From: Sminthopsis crassicaudata
Taxonomy: Eukaryota
NCBI RefSeq assembly: GCF_048593235.1
Contig: NC_133618.1
Span: 537,884,465 to 537,948,464, forward strand
DNA length: 64,000 bases
Direction: 5' to 3'
Part shown: piece by piece, positions 62,068-64,000 of the stretch
Numbering within the stretch: the stretch's first letter is position 1
Layout of the letters: every line of letters begins with the position of its first letter
The notes under the pieces: model-generated
Database searches by the model: none
What the model was told of the DNA's origin: nothing
Seen by the model: only the letters and a program-made list of their open reading frames with translations
Made by a program: the position numbers and the translations under genes

Positions 62068-62549
62068 TAAAAGAGTCCTATTGAAGTAAAAACACAGAAT
62101 CAAAAAATTTTTGTAGTAGGTATTTAAAAAACACAGGGGACCTTTTGGAATATTGGGTGTAATCAATAAATTTGATTATTTTGAGGGAAATCATGGTATG
62201 CAAAATATTTGAAAGAAATATATATAATATCCCTTAACTTATGTTTTTCCCTAATGTCTGATCAGGATATAGAAGAGCCTTAGGTTCTTGAAGACACATG
62301 TTACCAAGACGGACTATATGTCTTTCATTTGAAACACAGCCTATCTAATCATGGCTTATCCCTACGTAGCTGGCTACTAGGCCCATGAAATTGGAGGGGG
62401 GAAAAATTACATCTTCATTTTTCATTAACTTATAATTGGAATTTGCCCTTCAATTATTTAAGGGCACAATTCTGAAAAGGGAGCCAAAGATTTTACCAGA
62501 TTGTCAAAAATATGAGATACATACAAAAAGTTAAGAACTCTTTGTTTAG

Positions 62550-62765
62550 AGCATACGATCCCATTAATAGGATATGAAGGCAACTACTCTCATATGAAAC
62601 TGATGGAATAAATGCAGTGATCAACTATGTCTCTATGATTAAGCATGATGACTACCATGATAGAGAAATGATAGACTAGGTGTATAGAATGAGATATTTC
62701 TGGACATGGCCAATGGGCAGATGTATTTTGCTTGACTATACTTATTTGTTACATAAAGGCTTTAA
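62550..62765 (+). mobile_element. Old L1 3'UTR fragment
   Basis: GAATGAGATATTTCTGGACATGGCCAATG...TTTTGCTTGACTATAC. Confidence 0.6.
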
Positions 62766-62826
62766 AAAAAAAAGTCTGGAAGGTATACTGGGAAAAAGGG
62801 CAGTTACTTATAATAAAGAAAAATAG

Positions 62827-63349
62827 TGTCAATAAAATCAGTGATAAAAACTGAGGCACACAGTTGTCTAAGCATGACCAATTTATTAATTAGGCTAGCA
62901 ATAGTCAATAAAATGGGTCCAAGACTGCTCAGTAGGCAAGGATGCTTTTGGCTATTAGAGTAACTCTTTTAGGCAGTTAAAAATACAGGGGGCAAAAATA
63001 GTCCAATGATTCAAACTACATCTTAATCTGTGATTGATTAGATCCAGAAAGGGAGACTGGGCTATGATCAGACTGACTCAGAGAAGGGATTTCTAAAACC
63101 CAAGATAATAGGACAAACAAAGTATCAAAGTTGACTACCACAATCTAGAAAACTTCAGGGTCAATAAAGTTCTCAGTTTAGAATTTCTGTTATTGAATTG
63201 CAGTCCTTAAGAACAAGGAAATTAAACTTCTTACAAATTTAACTAATATAGCCTATACAATCAAATCTGAATTTAATTTACAAATACTGACTGTGATTAG
63301 ATAACAATGATTAGATATAATTCCCAATCAAAAACACTTCAATTTCACA
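62827..63349 (-). mobile_element. ERV LTR (523 bp), 3' LTR with adjacent polypurine tract
   Basis: Reverse strand starts TGTG (63349) and ends GACA (62827), with AATAAA near its end. It is immediately preceded by AAAAGGGGGGAAAC (63363-63350). Confidence 0.75.
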
Positions 63350-64000
63350 GTTTCCCCCCTTTGATTCTTGTAAGACCTGTCTTTCATGGATTATTAGCTT
63401 AGAGCTCTCCTATGACCGAAGGTTGACAAAAACTGGTGGGGGAGGTCCCCTTAATAAAGAGATCTCACAGAAGAAATGGCACATAAGGAAGTAAGGAAAG
63501 AACGGATTATTATAACATAGATGGTTTTATTTCGAGTAAATTTATAACAATATCTTATTAAAACTTAGGGAGACTAATAATAACTAGTGAGAAGGCATTC
63601 AGCAATATTGTTGAATGATATGTGAAAGAACTGAACTCCCTTTGTAGTGAGATATGGCTAGAATCAACACATCAATCTCTGCATAGTAGGAAACAGATCT
63701 TAATTAGTTGGATAGTGTTAGTGCTACTATTTCTTTATAAAGATTCTTTAAGTGTGGGAAGGGAATATATTCAAGTTCTTTACAAATCTGAAATCTATTG
63801 AGACCATTAATCTTTTTTATTTTTGCTGGACATCACAAGGATTAGGTATTTCTTTAAGCTTTAAGTGACAAGCTAGACATTTGGGTGCATTATACAGTCA
63901 TTATTTGTAGCACATGAAAAAGAATACCATTTCTCCACTACTTTATAGAAGAAAGTCCTACAAGCTACAGAAGTGAGAACACTATAATAACAGCAAGAAG
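63350..64000 (-). mobile_element. Probable ERV internal 3' region upstream of the LTR
   Basis: Contiguous with the polypurine tract. A hydrophobic LLAVIIVFSLL stretch at the window edge could be an Env TM remnant. No other repeat recognised. Confidence 0.4.

Larger units (their letters stand above)
1..64000 (-). other. MAP2K5: MAP2K5 gene body (five exons plus introns); gene extends beyond both window ends
   Basis: Five collinear, phase-compatible exons. I looked by eye for the preceding exon (MNEQDIRYRDTLGHGNGGTVYK) and the following exon ([21 protein letters not shown]) and did not find them. Confidence 0.92.

Noticed and set aside
1-64000. CRISPR arrays, tRNA/rRNA/snRNA genes, prokaryotic-type systems, further MAP2K5 exons
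   Set aside because: None seen. This is eukaryotic intronic DNA; tRNA-like motifs are all SINE heads, and the adjacent MAP2K5 exons were not found on the minus strand.

Overview
AT-rich marsupial genomic DNA, most likely a dasyurid such as the Tasmanian devil. This is inferred from WSINE1, Mar1 CORE-SINEs, an OC1-like hAT MITE, marsupial RTE LINEs and marsupial-type L1s. The window lies inside the MAP2K5 (MEK5) gene on the minus strand. Five short kinase-domain exons, all missed by the ORF track, splice with canonical GT-AG sites into one open frame: AYHVPSGKILAVK|VILLDITLELQKQIMSELEILYK|[27 protein letters not shown]|GGSLDVYRKIPEHVLGRIAVA|VVKGLTYLWSLKILHR. They correspond to exons 9-13 by my recollection of the human numbering; the flanking exons were not found in the window. 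The rest is intron, rich in transposon fossils. The best-supported oddities are: (1) a three-level L1 nest with two intact target-site duplications (TSDs); (2) a tailless, apparently internally primed L1 fragment with a perfect 15-bp TSD; (3) an OC1-like hAT MITE, a family reported as horizontally transferred; (4) a ~165-bp local duplication spanning a repeat junction; and (5) an antisense ORF plus splice donor in the L1 5'UTR pointing toward a MAP2K5 exon. More tentative is a heavily decayed reverse transcriptase at ~12.6-13.7 kb whose motifs look more like non-mammalian (fish/amphibian-type) L1/Tx1-clade elements than therian L1. Repeat family names come from recalled consensus sequences, and repeat boundaries without a TSD or TIR are approximate. 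There are two assembly gaps. No CRISPR array, rRNA or tRNA gene, or convincing new protein-coding system was found.
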